Assembly: GCF_004010195.1 (NCBI RefSeq)
Contig: NC_057720.1
Coordinates: 5,603,313 to 5,638,120 of the forward strand
Length of the DNA: 34,808 bases
DNA from: Chiloscyllium plagiosum
Taxonomy: Eukaryota
Direction of reading: 5' to 3'
The notes beneath the pieces were generated by a model, which did no database searches, was not told the origin of the DNA, and worked only from the letters and a program-made list of their open reading frames with translations. Both the position numbers and the translations under genes were made by a program. Every line of letters starts with the position of its first letter. Positions within the stretch are counted from its first letter, which is position 1. Shown one piece after another: positions 34,368-34,808 of the stretch.

Positions 34368-34622
34368 ACGTAAAACAGCACAGCACAGGAACAGGCCCTT
34401 TAGCCCACAATGTTGTGCCAAAGTAAACTAATCCCTTCTGCCTGCCTTTGGTCCATATCCCTTCATTTATATTCTATTCACGTGATAATAAAAGAATATT
34501 TTATTCATGTTCTCATCTAAATGTGCCTTAAATGCCCCGATCATATCTGTCTCCACCATCACCCGTCTGCACATTTAAGACCCCTACCACTCTCTGTGTA
34601 AAATTCTTGCCCCTCACATCTG
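34368..34622 (-). mobile_element. CR1 3' end
   Basis: cagcacaggaacaggccctttagcccac tail motif and reverse-strand DVRGKNFTQRVV. Confidence 0.75.
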
Positions 34623-34636
34623 GAGAGAGAGGGAGA

Positions 34637-34670
<34 letters not shown>
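34623..34670. repeat. (GA)n microsatellite
   Basis: gagagagagggagagagggagagaga... Confidence 0.95.
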
Positions 34671-34673
<3 letters not shown>

Positions 34674-34808
34674 CCTGCACAGTTACTGCCTTTGCTGTTT
34701 GAATTTGTGTATCGCTGGACATCGGAGTGCATCTGGGAAAATGAACAAACAGTGAAATTCACAACTAATCTTGGAGGAACTGTTGGGCGAAGTTCACAAC
34801 ACAGAATC

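Overview
Eukaryotic genomic DNA, not prokaryotic. It is almost certainly from a cartilaginous fish, probably a shark, inferred from HE1/V-SINE-like, DeuSINE-like and CR1/HER-like repeats. The window lies inside the tubulin polyglutamylase gene TTLL7 on the + strand. Four internal coding exons (4782-4903, 9354-9421, 12495-12653, 33784-34000) have canonical AG/GT boundaries and splice in frame into the N-terminal part of the TTL domain. The introns are mostly decayed retroelements: many 5'-truncated CR1-type LINEs, a second LINE family, tRNA-derived SINEs, a Tc1/mariner-type MITE and Penelope-like element (PLE) fragments. Nearly all other ORFs in the track are LINE debris or N-gap artefacts. The most striking structure is a set of short PLE terminal-repeat inserts carrying minimal hammerhead-ribozyme motifs. 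Three are head-to-head palindromes with target-site duplications, and one has a compensatory U3:A8 catalytic core. Other oddities are an 81-bp duplication around a 48-bp insert, a locally templated inverted insertion, and multi-level nested insertions. Repeat boundaries are approximate and family names come from recognition, not database searches. There are two N gaps, 15781-16099 and 25074-25951.
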